A DNA stretch of 58,433 nt, taken from Poseidonia sp. GTDB taxonomy: Archaea > Thermoplasmatota > Poseidoniia > Poseidoniales > Poseidoniaceae. The translations under genes were made by a program, and so were the position numbers. The notes beneath the pieces were generated by a model, which searched no databases, was not told the origin of the DNA, and saw only the letters and a program-made list of their open reading frames with translations. Shown piece by piece: positions 40,688-50,900 of the stretch. The stretch spans positions 1-58,433 of the forward strand of contig JASLVM010000006.1 in NCBI GenBank assembly GCA_030741355.1, read 5' to 3'. Position 1 is the first letter of the stretch. Each line of letters opens with the position of its first letter.

Positions 40688-41500
40688 GCGAAGGTGCTCT
40701 TTGATTCGCTGTTTTGTCGTTTCACAATCCAATCCATTGGAGGACAGGAGCCAACCAATGTACGAGGGGTCGTTCGTCTGAACCTCGGAGAGATACCGTC
40801 CTCGATGCCGCCCAAACGCAAGAACGAGTTCGTCCCCGTCTTCTCGAACCTTCCCCATGGCATCAACGGGTGTCAGGTCTTCGAGGCCGCGTCCCAACTC
40901 CGAAGCATCCTGGGGTTTGTCTCCGTGGGCAATCCAGCGTTCAAGTTCTGGAATCGAACGGCGGAACACGGACGCATGTTCAACAGATAGTCGCCAAAAC
41001 AGCAGCATGGTGGCCGCTGCATCGGCCGCTGCCGTGTGCGCCGCCTCAAGACGGATACCGTGGCGTTGGCAAAGGGCGCCGAGGTTGTGGGGTCTTGGAA
41101 GACGAAGCCGTCGAACCAATTCCAACGTATCGATGATCGCTTTGGGCTGCGGGGCGAGGCGACCCATGCGCAAAAACTCCGTTTTCAGCATGGCGTAATC
41201 GAAACTTCGGACGTTATGGCCAACGAGGATGGCGCCCTCAATCAATTCTGCCAACTCGTCAGCGACCTCGGCAAGCGGGGGCTTATCTCGGACATCTTCG
41301 TTGTATATGCCGTGGATTTGGCTGGCATCGTAGGGGATGCGGACGCTTGGTTTCACGATTTGCTCTCGGTTGACGGGCGTACCGTCCTCCAACGTCCCAA
41401 TGAGTGCAAATTGAACGATACGGTCGTTGTTGGTTGAGACTCCCGTAGTTTCCAAATCAAAGGCCAAGACCTTCTCTCCTTGGAAAAGATCCTGTGCCAT
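40682..41500 (-). CDS. DEDDh 3'-5' exonuclease (DnaQ/ExoX-like) with C-terminal FGRHRG domain
   Basis: FDLETTG, GHNVRSFD, IDTLEL, AHTAAADA; C-terminal LAFGRHRG..LSEV...DPSYIGWLL (ExoX C-terminal / DUF3820-like). Confidence 0.92.
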   Translation of the reverse strand: MAQDLFQGEKVLAFDLETTGVSTNNDRIVQFALIGTLEDGTPVNREQIVKPSVRIPYDASQIHGIYNEDVRDKPPLAEVADELAELIEGAILVGHNVRSFDYAMLKTEFLRMGRLAPQPKAIIDTLELVRRLRLPRPHNLGALCQRHGIRLEAAHTAAADAAATMLLFWRLSVEHASVFRRSIPELERWIAHGDKPQDASELGRGLEDLTPVDAMGKVREDGDELVLAFGRHRGRYLSEVQTNDPSYIGWLLSSNGLDCETTKQRIKEHLRS

Positions 41501-41567
41501 GAACAATTAACGGTGGGCACCCCCTTTGAACATCACTCTCAAACGCCATGACCCTATCAGGCGGTTC

Positions 41568-41948
41568 ATGGGCTTGCGCGACTGGTTCAAATCAGGTTCG
41601 TCAACCAAGGAATCTGCTGCTACTGAGGCCACACCGCTCGACGAAGATAGTCTTCAAGAGCAAGCGTTCGCAGAACTCCAAGAAGCCAAAACAGACGAGG
41701 CTCTTTCGCTGTTTGACGAGGCTGAAGTGACCCGTGCCGAGGCGAAACCGGTGGCCGCACCCTACGACGCAGGCGATGCATCGTTGGACGATTTGATGGC
41801 CGAAGAAGATGAGAGTTTCTCGCATGTGGATGAAGTGGATGTGGTCGATGTTGCCTCCCTCGACGACCCCTATCTCCATGCCAGCATTGAGGGCGATGTT
41901 CCCGAAGCGGTGGTCTTTGACGAGGATGAAAACCCCCCTTCTGTTTAA
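41568..41948 (+). CDS. Small highly acidic hypothetical protein
   Basis: MGLRDWFKSG amphipathic start followed by D/E-rich, probably disordered sequence. Confidence 0.7.
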   Translation: MGLRDWFKSGSSTKESAATEATPLDEDSLQEQAFAELQEAKTDEALSLFDEAEVTRAEAKPVAAPYDAGDASLDDLMAEEDESFSHVDEVDVVDVASLDDPYLHASIEGDVPEAVVFDEDENPPSV

Positions 41949-41994
41949 TCTGGACTCCCGAACCATTAGAAAGGGTAAGGTTAGCCTTGTTTTC

Positions 41995-43182
41995 ATGCTG
42001 GGTAGACGAACAGAGCGTAGGTTCGCTTTGGTCGTGGTGCAAACCCTTCTCCTGAGCCTCTTGGCAGGATGCACGGGAGCGCTCGACACCACCGTGGACC
42101 CGCGTGCAACCCTCGAGGCCTACCCTACCCTGATCCAAGAGGGCGAGATGGTGACTCTGGACGCCCGCGATTCCTCACCGATTGAAGGGGTCATCACAAC
42201 TTATGCTTGGGATTTTGGTGATGGCACCACCGCAGAGACGGTCATCGGTTTCACATCACATACCTACCTGACCTTTGGCCAGTATACGATTCGCCTCACC
42301 GTCACCAACGACCAAGGCGGGCAAGACGATGCCATCGCCACCATCGTTGTGAACGGTGCCCCCAGCATCAACATCTCCATGCCAACCTCCGTTCGTGCCG
42401 GCGATGCTGCTCTGTTGGATGCGAGTGCATCTTTTGACCCCGAAGGCGACGACCTCACCTTTCGTTGGGATTTGAACACGGCTGAGGACAACGATGGCGA
42501 TGGTGATGCTCGCAACGATGCCGACGCCATCACGCCCACCGTTTTGCTTGACACCTCCGCTTCCGGCATCATCAACGGTGTCTTGCGCGTGGATGACGCA
42601 GCGGGTGCCTTTGCTCTCCAACCGTTCGAGGTGAACGTGACCACGCGTACGTTCCAAGTGACTTGGATCACGGAGACCTACGAGATGTCATGGGACGAAT
42701 ACCTCGACCAAGGTGAGACTTGGTCGGGGAACATAACCCCCGGAGAAATTGGCCGGGTGATGTCGTTCAATGCCGTGTTGGAGTTGGACCGAGACGTGGC
42801 TCCACCACACGATAATTTCACCTTGGCCCTCCATATCGTAGAGGACAATTACAAGCGTTCAATCGCCACCGAGCCAGGCAACTACTCCACCAATGAACCC
42901 GCACGAGCCGAGATGGCCGACGACGAGATGAACCTCCGCGGGGAAGATGGCATGTACACTTCCGATTCCGCAGAAGCCCTGCTGCAAATGCTGTTGAGTT
43001 CGAAAGAAAGCAGGCAAGGTCAGGGGCCCTGGGTGTGGTCGGTTATTGCACAGCAATCCGACCCCGATGCCTTCATCGGAGAGCTCGACCCCGACCCAGG
43101 AAACGATTGGACCTTGACGGTTGAAGTGATTCTTATGCGCCCCTCACTCACCGAGGTCGCCGTCGGTTCCACGAGCGAGTGA
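41995..43182 (+). CDS. PKD-domain lipoprotein
   Basis: Arg-rich N-terminus + lipobox LAGC; PKD YAWDFGDG..HTY..FGQYTIRLTVTNDQG; second PKD-like SFDPEGDDLTFRWD. Start ATG 41995. Confidence 0.88.
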   Translation: MLGRRTERRFALVVVQTLLLSLLAGCTGALDTTVDPRATLEAYPTLIQEGEMVTLDARDSSPIEGVITTYAWDFGDGTTAETVIGFTSHTYLTFGQYTIRLTVTNDQGGQDDAIATIVVNGAPSINISMPTSVRAGDAALLDASASFDPEGDDLTFRWDLNTAEDNDGDGDARNDADAITPTVLLDTSASGIINGVLRVDDAAGAFALQPFEVNVTTRTFQVTWITETYEMSWDEYLDQGETWSGNITPGEIGRVMSFNAVLELDRDVAPPHDNFTLALHIVEDNYKRSIATEPGNYSTNEPARAEMADDEMNLRGEDGMYTSDSAEALLQMLLSSKESRQGQGPWVWSVIAQQSDPDAFIGELDPDPGNDWTLTVEVILMRPSLTEVAVGSTSE

Positions 43183-43229
43183 AAGCGAAAGGGGTATGAA
43201 GCGGGGCTGTTTGGCAAGGATTGGTTACG

Positions 43230-43583
43230 ATGGTGGACACGGTAGAAATTGGACGCGTTACCCTTCGAGACACGTTGTCGCTCGACCTCTCGGTTTGGAT
43301 GCATCACCCTGATGATTGGGATTTCCGCCCGACCTTGAGTTATGCCGGCAGCACCCTGACCATCACGTGCGCCAACGAAGGCACGACCCTCGCTACCGTT
43401 GACCTTGACGACGAACAGGACGAAGCGCTTCAGCGAGACCGTATGGCTGAATTGCGTGTCAAGTTCCAAGTTCACGGCATGCATGGTCGCCTCAACGACA
43501 TCCACCCCATCATCGCCGACGGGAAAGCCAAGAAGTTGGCGACGGCGAATTGGAAGACGACCCAACCGGTCGAATTCAAGTGA
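43230..43583 (+). CDS. Hypothetical protein
   Basis: Clean ORF between same-strand genes; no family recognised. Confidence 0.7.
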   Translation: MVDTVEIGRVTLRDTLSLDLSVWMHHPDDWDFRPTLSYAGSTLTITCANEGTTLATVDLDDEQDEALQRDRMAELRVKFQVHGMHGRLNDIHPIIADGKAKKLATANWKTTQPVEFK

Positions 43584-43629
43584 AGTCCCAACGAATCTTT
43601 GATAACGGTTCAATCCGTTTTCTCAGTTC

Positions 43630-43899
43630 ATGCCTCAACGAACAGGAAAAGGAAGTCAAAAACGAGCAAGATTTGAACGACTTGCGAAAGAAGTTCGCCA
43701 ATTCGTCTTTGCGAACCCGGGTTGTTCAGCACAAGCCATTGTAGCGAACCTCAACCACGATAAAAAATTACGAAACCACGGCCTTACTCCCCGTAAAGTA
43801 GGCTTCTTCATCACCCGTCATCTCCGCCAATCTCTGACGTGGTGGCAAGATCATCGAGCTGGCCGCCGTGTCTACGGACCTTCAGCGGATGAATCCTGA
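43630..43899 (+). CDS. Small basic winged-helix-like protein
   Basis: K/R-rich; VRQFVFANPGCSAQAIV..LTPRKVGFFI..RRVY resembles wHTH topology. Confidence 0.65.
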   Translation: MPQRTGKGSQKRARFERLAKEVRQFVFANPGCSAQAIVANLNHDKKLRNHGLTPRKVGFFITRHLRQSLTWWQDHRAGRRVYGPSADES

Positions 43900-43964
43900 A
43901 ATTGCACGGCCTCAACCCGGTGTCATGCGGTTCGCTCATGTAGGGTCGGCGACCTCGCCGATGC

Positions 43965-44630
43965 ATGGGGGGCAAGGTTGCTGCGTATTTCGACCTTGAC
44001 GGAACCCTTCTCAACGCGTCGAGTGAAAAGACCCTCACCGCTCACCTTGCACGGCGCCGCCCTTGGAGAATTCCGTGGGGGGCGTTGGCCTGGACCACCG
44101 GCTTCATCACCAACATGATTCGGGGCCGAGCGGTGTACGACGCAGCACGAAATCGTGGGCACCTGTCGCTTGCTTCATGGGCTATTCTTGAACGCTATTC
44201 CAAACAACTCGCCGGTGAGAAACTCAAGCCCTCCATCCCCCCTCAAGCGTGGGAAAAACTTGCTTGGCATCGAGAGCAGGGCCACCGCCTGGTGTTGGTC
44301 ACGGCGACCGTAGCGCCCATGGCCGAAGCCATGGCAGAGGTGCTCGGTATGGACGCCGTGTACGGATGCGGGCCCGAGGTGCGAGAGGGTATTTTGTCGG
44401 GTTCAGAACGGGGTTGGAGCGTGCCTCGACGCAAAGGCAAGGTACCGGTTGTTATGGCCGACGCCGAAGCCAACGGGCATGATTTAGCGGCATGTTACGG
44501 CTACGGAAACACCCTTGCCGACTCTTGGTTCATGGCGCTGTGCGGTCATGCGATCGCCGTCAGTCCCGAAGGCCCACTTCGCCGTCATGCAGAGGCGAAC
44601 GACTGGCAGATTGTCGACTGGACTTCGTAG
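43965..44630 (+). CDS. HAD-IB family hydrolase (phosphoserine phosphatase-like)
   Basis: FDLDGTL, HREQGHRLVLVTAT, GK, CYGYGNTLAD, AVSP. Confidence 0.9.
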   Translation: MGGKVAAYFDLDGTLLNASSEKTLTAHLARRRPWRIPWGALAWTTGFITNMIRGRAVYDAARNRGHLSLASWAILERYSKQLAGEKLKPSIPPQAWEKLAWHREQGHRLVLVTATVAPMAEAMAEVLGMDAVYGCGPEVREGILSGSERGWSVPRRKGKVPVVMADAEANGHDLAACYGYGNTLADSWFMALCGHAIAVSPEGPLRRHAEANDWQIVDWTS

Positions 44631-44651
44631 GTTTATATCCCCTCAAAAGCC

Positions 44652-45659
44652 ATGGATGGCATGAGCGAAGAGTTTGATGGTTTAGGTGCATTGTTTGGTG
44701 ATTGTTTTCGAGAAGGGACCGTCCAAGAGATTCGCCGAGATGACATGCTTGACTCCATGCTTAACATCGCCAAGTCCGCCAAGGTCGCCGCTCGACTGGT
44801 GACCGAAATCGTGGAAGAGCACGAAGACCGAATGCAGCTGGACCAGGAAGGACACCTCATCATCGTCGGCCGGCTGGCCATCTACCGAGTTGACGTGAAG
44901 TCCTTCATGGGGAAATTCGTGAATCCATTCAGTTACAATTCCTTTGACGTGGTGGAAGTTCATCCAAAGACCGGACTGGTCAAGGAGCCCAAAAGCGCTT
45001 GTGTTCAGGTGCGTCACCAAGAGAACATGCCCGCATACGACTTGTTTGCAGGCTACCTCCTCGGGCTGCTCAACGATGAGGTCTCTTGGCTTCATGAGAG
45101 TTTGAGTCCACTGCGACGAACCCTGTTCCAAATCTACGGACTCGCACGTTCTCCCCTTTCACCCAGCATGGAACGGCATTTTGCCAACACCGTGGGCGGC
45201 GAATTTGATTTCGTCAACGACACCTTCACCTTTGAAGGCACCAATGGATGGTCTTGGCGACTTCACTACGGGCTGCCGCTGAACAAGGGCTATCGCATCG
45301 AATACCAGAAACCACGACAGACCTGGTGGAACCTTCTCTTTGACGACCACGAAAAAGAAACCACAGGACACTATTCTGTGTGCGGCTTCTTCGAAGTGGT
45401 TGAACATCTTGGCGAAGCCCCCGGTGGTTTGAAGGGCGCCAGTGACTGGCAAACCGACCCCATTCTCTTGCGAAAAATCGCCGCAGATTACCCTGCTCTC
45501 GCCAAGTCTTTGGTTGGAAAAATCACCAGCAGTGATTACTCCCCAGATGAGATTTACACCGACTTCGAGGAACCCATCGACGGTGAGAAGGCTGACATCA
45601 TCAAGGACTTGGACATCCAGGTTCTTCAGACTGCAGGCGTACCGTTAGCTCACGCTTGA
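44652..45659 (+). CDS. Hypothetical protein
   Basis: 335-aa ORF; TTTATA box just upstream; no confident family. Confidence 0.75.
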   Translation: MDGMSEEFDGLGALFGDCFREGTVQEIRRDDMLDSMLNIAKSAKVAARLVTEIVEEHEDRMQLDQEGHLIIVGRLAIYRVDVKSFMGKFVNPFSYNSFDVVEVHPKTGLVKEPKSACVQVRHQENMPAYDLFAGYLLGLLNDEVSWLHESLSPLRRTLFQIYGLARSPLSPSMERHFANTVGGEFDFVNDTFTFEGTNGWSWRLHYGLPLNKGYRIEYQKPRQTWWNLLFDDHEKETTGHYSVCGFFEVVEHLGEAPGGLKGASDWQTDPILLRKIAADYPALAKSLVGKITSSDYSPDEIYTDFEEPIDGEKADIIKDLDIQVLQTAGVPLAHA

Positions 45660-45669
45660 GGATGAGGGT

Positions 45670-45746
45670 TGGCGGCCCCACCGCGATTCGAACACGGGTT
45701 CGAGGCTCCGCAAGCCTCTGTGATATCCAAGCTACACTATAGGGCC
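45670..45746 (-). tRNA. tRNA-Arg (GCG), CCA encoded
   Basis: GGCCCTA/TGGGGCC acceptor, GAGGC-TTGCGGA-GCCTC anticodon arm, CCGTG-TTCGAAT-CGCGG T-arm, GCCA end; TTAAAT box upstream. Confidence 0.95.
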
Positions 45747-45839
45747 ATTTCGCCCGAATGGCCGCCCCCATTTAAGCGCGAGGGTGAACCCTTTGGTGCA
45801 GAGGCAAGGGTTCATTGACGACGCCTCCGTGCTTCCTCC

Positions 45840-46253
45840 ATGGCGGTTGAAATTCAACGAGCGGTTGAGTTCTCAATGATCGACATGGCCAATGTGGCCT
45901 ACTATCCCCGAATCTTCGATCTCGCTCACAAGGTGTTTGAGGAGGCATGGCTTCTGATGTGCGGGGTTTCTTACCCCACGCTGATCAACGAACAAAGGGT
46001 TGGATTTCCCGTCGTTTCCTTGAATTCAACCTTTCACGCCCCCCTGCGTTATGGGGACATCATCACCGCCTCCGTGGGCATTACATCCATCGGCACCACG
46101 TCCTTGGGATGGAAGTACGTGTTTCAAAACCAATCAGGAGAGACCCTCTGGGTCTCTGAGCAAGCAACGGTTTGCGTTGACATGGACACCATGGAGAAAC
46201 AACCCATTCCTGAAGGCCTGCGTCAAGGTCTACAGCAACATTTGGAGGATTGA
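45840..46253 (+). CDS. Acyl-CoA thioesterase (hotdog fold, 4HBT/YbgC family)
   Basis: VEFSMIDMANVAYYPRIF, FHAPLRYGD, IGTTS, VCVD...KQPIPE. Confidence 0.92.
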   Translation: MAVEIQRAVEFSMIDMANVAYYPRIFDLAHKVFEEAWLLMCGVSYPTLINEQRVGFPVVSLNSTFHAPLRYGDIITASVGITSIGTTSLGWKYVFQNQSGETLWVSEQATVCVDMDTMEKQPIPEGLRQGLQQHLED

Positions 46254-46256
46254 CCC

Positions 46257-46835
46257 GTGGCAAACGATCCCTTGAACGACGTCAAACCCGACCGAACGGG
46301 CCCCAAAAACCTCGCCATCCTGCTCTTCCTTGGGTCACTCCTCGTCTTGGTGTACGGTTATGCGGACTTGCAGGCCCATCGGGTTGGATTGAGCGATGGG
46401 CAGGTGGACACATTGTTGGCCACCCCCAATGCACAAGGTGGCGAGCCCACGACGGTTGAGGACTATCGCGCTTTTGAGGAAGAAGCCCGTGAGAACCACG
46501 CCTTCCTCATCAGGGCTGTTTCCTTGTTGACGTCCGGCGGTTTGTTACTCGTTGGCGCCATCCTTCTTCATCGCTTACGACGACTGGGCGCCTACCTCTG
46601 TACGGGTGGAGCCCTCATCGGGTTATTGGGTGGAGTCGGTGCCAGTTTCATGGTACGCTCCTCAGCTCGAACGCATCTGCAAGAGGCCGTGGTGACCACG
46701 TACGAGGCTTGGGTCTACATTTGCGGCGCCATGATGGGGCTTTGCTTGGCGGTTGCGGCTTTGCCGTTGCTCAACCTTCGTGCCAGCATGGCGCTCCAAC
46801 CCGTGCGCTTGGTCGTGAACGACGAGTCAGAGTGA
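46257..46835 (+). CDS. Hypothetical membrane protein (4 TM)
   Basis: Four hydrophobic segments; GTG start 3 nt after the thioesterase stop. Confidence 0.78.
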   Translation: MANDPLNDVKPDRTGPKNLAILLFLGSLLVLVYGYADLQAHRVGLSDGQVDTLLATPNAQGGEPTTVEDYRAFEEEARENHAFLIRAVSLLTSGGLLLVGAILLHRLRRLGAYLCTGGALIGLLGGVGASFMVRSSARTHLQEAVVTTYEAWVYICGAMMGLCLAVAALPLLNLRASMALQPVRLVVNDESE

Positions 46836-47282
46836 TCACTCGGATGGGCGTGGCCACTTTTTGGCAAGGGCCTTTCTCAAGTCGTCATCCATGATGGCGT
46901 TCCACCAATCGCTTCCTTGCCAAATGGCGTATTTGCCTCTGATGCCTCGAAGGTCGGCGCCTTCAAATTGGCAGTTTTTGAAATTGGAAAGGTTCAGCCT
47001 TGCTTTTCGAAGGTCCGCTCCTCGGAAATCGGAGTGGTCAAAAGCCGATTTCATCAAATCCGCTTCCACCATCGATGCTCGCCGGAAATCACAGGACGTA
47101 AAATCCCCTTCCGTCAAGTCGGCTCGGTCGAAGATGGTCCGCCGGAAATTTGACCCGCTGTGACGTCCTTTCCGGAGAATGGATTCCGCATGATTTTGGA
47201 ACGAATAGTCCACAACCACGGCTTCTTCTGCCGTGGTTTCGTCGTCCCTTGGGTCGCCTTGTCCACCGCCCGACATCACCAT
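46836..47282 (-). CDS. Pentapeptide repeat protein
   Basis: SNFRR TIFDR ADLTE GDFTS CDFRR ASMVE ADLMK SAFDH SDFRG ADLRK ARLNL SNFKN CQFEG ADLRG. Confidence 0.92.
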   Translation of the reverse strand: MVMSGGGQGDPRDDETTAEEAVVVDYSFQNHAESILRKGRHSGSNFRRTIFDRADLTEGDFTSCDFRRASMVEADLMKSAFDHSDFRGADLRKARLNLSNFKNCQFEGADLRGIRGKYAIWQGSDWWNAIMDDDLRKALAKKWPRPSE

Positions 47283-47291
47283 GCATTCACC

Positions 47292-47780
47292 TCAAGCGTT
47301 GGAGCGCTTGTCGAGGTGTGCTTGGCCTTCGGGTGTAAGGATTGCGAATCGGTTTTTGTCGTCTTTTCCGGTTGGGACCATGAGGAATTTGCGTTCCTTG
47401 AGTCGGTTGAGGTACAAGGAAAGATTGCCGGGAGGTTCAATGCCTGCGTCGGTGAACAGTTCGTTGACGATCCGGGGGGGGCTGTCCTCGATTCCTTCAA
47501 CATCGCGCAAATAGTGGATGGCGCCGAGCACCTGGTCGGGCTTTCTGGTCAAGGCACAGTTTTCCAGCAGGGCGCGGAAGGCAGAGCCACGTTCGGGGAG
47601 CCCGGCTTCACGGGCGGCCGTGACAGCCGCTTCCATGGCCGATTCACGTGCCTCTCGGATGCGTTCAAGCAAGACCGTCCAAGTGTGTTCAGCCTTGACG
47701 TGACTGAGTTGTTCATCGATTTGAATGCTCGCGCCTTCCAGGTCGATTTCAACGTCGCCTGCTTGGATTGTGAGTCTCAA
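47292..47780 (-). CDS. Hypothetical protein with C-terminal winged helix
   Basis: N-terminal LTIQAGDVEIDLEG hairpin; C-terminal PGNLSLYLNRLKERKFL...FAILTPEG wHTH-like; TTG start. Confidence 0.78.
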   Translation of the reverse strand: MRLTIQAGDVEIDLEGASIQIDEQLSHVKAEHTWTVLLERIREARESAMEAAVTAAREAGLPERGSAFRALLENCALTRKPDQVLGAIHYLRDVEGIEDSPPRIVNELFTDAGIEPPGNLSLYLNRLKERKFLMVPTGKDDKNRFAILTPEGQAHLDKRSNA

Positions 47781-47924
47781 TATTCACGCCCTCACTACGA
47801 AACTGAATCTATTCATTCATAACCTTATGTTGGAAAAAAAAATACATTTTTGTGCGAATTTGGCGGTTCAATGAGGGGAAACCGACTTAAAAGTGAGGTG
47901 GCCACCTTGACATGAGGCCTTTCT

Positions 47925-50900
47925 GTGATTCGACGTCAGTTCCTTGGTCTGCTCTTTGTTTTCCTCTTCATCGCGCCAGCCTGGTCGGTGATGTTTGCTC
48001 AAGCAAGTGGCGGCAATATCGCCACGTTCTCGACGGGCAATGCGGAGGAAACCGTTGTCATCTCTTCCGGCCAGCACACCTCCCTCGGATTTGACCTGAA
48101 CCGAAACACCACCATCACCTCAGCTTCCTTTTTCATCAAACCCGCCACCACGGGTTCATCTGTGGGGGCCGTCGACATTGACGCCAATGCAGACGGCGTT
48201 CCCGAATGGTCGTTCAACGATACCGGCTACGGTGATTTTGGACATCAAACCCTGTTCACCAACGGCAACACTTCGGCGTCCCTCTCCATCAACCCGAACC
48301 AAGGAGCCGTGACGAATCCCGACTCTCCCCCGTTTTACTTGCCCTCAGGATCCACCGTCTCCAGCTCAACCCTTGAAATCGGCTTCTCACCTACGCTCAT
48401 CGGTGGATTCTATTCAACGGGCTACATCCATGCCGTTGACAAGGGCGATTTCAACAACGACAGCAACGTGGATTTCGCCCTCCTCTCGAGGACCGCCAAC
48501 GTCTCATCGGGCAACACCACTCAGCCCGGGCAAAGTTCGGTTGCGGCCTTCCGAGTTGCCTCCTATGACAACAACACAGGCATCACGCTCTCGTCTTGGG
48601 TGACCACTTGTGCCAACGCCACGCGGATCATGGCCGCCGACGTCAACGGTGACTCGTTTGATGATGTGGTCGGTTATGCTCCAGCCGACGACCAACTGTG
48701 CATCCATTTCACAAACACCACCAGCGGGGGCTTTGAGCCTCAAGTGAACGTAACGCACGTTTCGTCCATCATCGACTTGGCGTTTGGTGATTTTACTGGA
48801 AATGGCCTGGACGAGATGGTCTCCATTCAATCAAGCGGGAAGGTGTCTGTCGACCAGTTCAGCAACCGCACAAACGCCTTTTCAAACCGGGATTACACCA
48901 CGGTGAACATTGCAGGCACCGCCAACCCTGCCACCTTAACCCACATGTTGTTCGCTTATTTCGACGGACCTAACAACCTCCCCTCGCTGGTTGCTTGTCA
49001 ATCAAACGGCGCCGCCGACATCATGTTTTGGTCAACCACCACCGGCACCATCGCCACCGGTAGCAGCCTGACGGGCGTCTCATCCGACGCCGTTGTGGGT
49101 GATTTCGACGGGGACCAAGATTTGGACATCGTCGCCTCTACGCCAAACGGGCATCGCTCCATTGAAAATCGAGGCGGCACAGGCTGGGACGGCGATAGCC
49201 ACAACCGCCTCATCACGTTGACCAACGCCACCGTTCTCGATTACGATTTGGACTCTGCTTCTCATCTGCTCATCCCGAACGTGGGGACCGTCGACGCAAA
49301 TCCTGCCACCTTCACCGGCAACATCTCGGCTTACGGGTTCCAAAGCGGCTGGAATTACGACAACCGTGTTCGAAGCCAGACCACCGATGTATTCGAGCCG
49401 TGGACTTCGCCGCGAGCCATTCATTTTGGTGATATGGACGGTGATGGCTCCATTGAACAACTGATTCTCGCCGGAGAAGGCAGCAATCACGGTGTGTTCA
49501 TCTCAGCCTACCATCGCATCGGCTACGACATCGACAAGGACGGCGCCGTTGACGTTGAAGCGGGAGGATACGCAGGCAACGGCAGCAACGGTTTGAGTCC
49601 ACTCATGCTTCAAGACACCACGGGGAACTTTACCACGTCCTTGAACGTCCTTTCACCAGGTTTGCCTTACACCTCTGACGGTTATGGCACCCAAATGGCA
49701 GCGGTGAACCTCTCCATGCATTCCATCACCCAAGGGTCCTTCACCTTCGACAATTTGGACATTCGCTACGTCGCCAATTTCCTGGTCAACAGCAACCCTT
49801 CGCTCTCTGGAAACTTGAGCAATGTCCTCAATCAGCAGATGACCGCAGGTTCCGGTACCCTCCACGTTCCTCTTCATATCAACACAACTTCGAACGGAAG
49901 TGTGGAACTGTTCAGCCCGACCGTGGCTTATGTTGACGGCGCGCCGAACATTGCGTTGCCACCCACACCCGTGCTCACACTTGTGGACCTCGAGCCCGAC
50001 CGCGTCGTCATTGAATGGCAACCCATCACCGAATTCGGTGACGACCTGCTCGACTTCGTTGTCTATCGTTCGGTCATGGGCCAACCGTTGAACATTGAGG
50101 CTCCAATTGAAAACACCTTTTCCAACAACACCATTGACACCGGTGTACAACCGGGTCAGTCGTGGACCTATTGGGTGCAAAGCGTCCACAGCTTCGGCAT
50201 CACGAGCAACATTTCGGCGCCGCTCAGCGTCACTGTGCCCTACCCCGCGCCCAAATCCTTCATTCCCAACTTGACAGCGACGGACGTGCCGAACGACGAA
50301 GGTGGCGCCATGAACATCTCCTGGAGTGCCGGGGACGAGTCCATCGTGGAACACCACGTGTTCGTTCTGCCGTCAACATTCAACGATGTGAGTGGCCAAA
50401 CCACAACCATCACGGCAGAAGCGAACGCCACCTCCGTTGAGATTACGCAGGACAGTACGGGGACCCCCCTCGTCGATGGAACGCCGTACTTTGTCGCTGC
50501 CATCGGCGTGGATGTGTACGGTAACGCTTCAATGAACGTCACCGCCATTGGGCCAATCTACACTCGGAACGACACGAGCTTGACCACGACCTTGGACGTG
50601 GTCTACACCGACTTCACCCAAAACGAACTGACCGAGACGGTTCTGCTGGCCCGAACCAAGGGGCTGGTCGTTGAGGCGGACCTCCATCAAGCAGGAACAG
50701 CGATCGCCAACGCCACGCTGACCCTCACCATCACCGACGATGAGGATTCGTTCATGTTGGACATGACCACGGACGAAACGGGTCATGCCTCGCTGACCGT
50801 TGACGCATTGTCCAGTCTTGGTCCCATTGAGGCCTTGGGCGCCATGTCGCTCTCCGTGAGTTATTCCGGCAGCGAAGGCGATGAACAACACCAACCTTTG

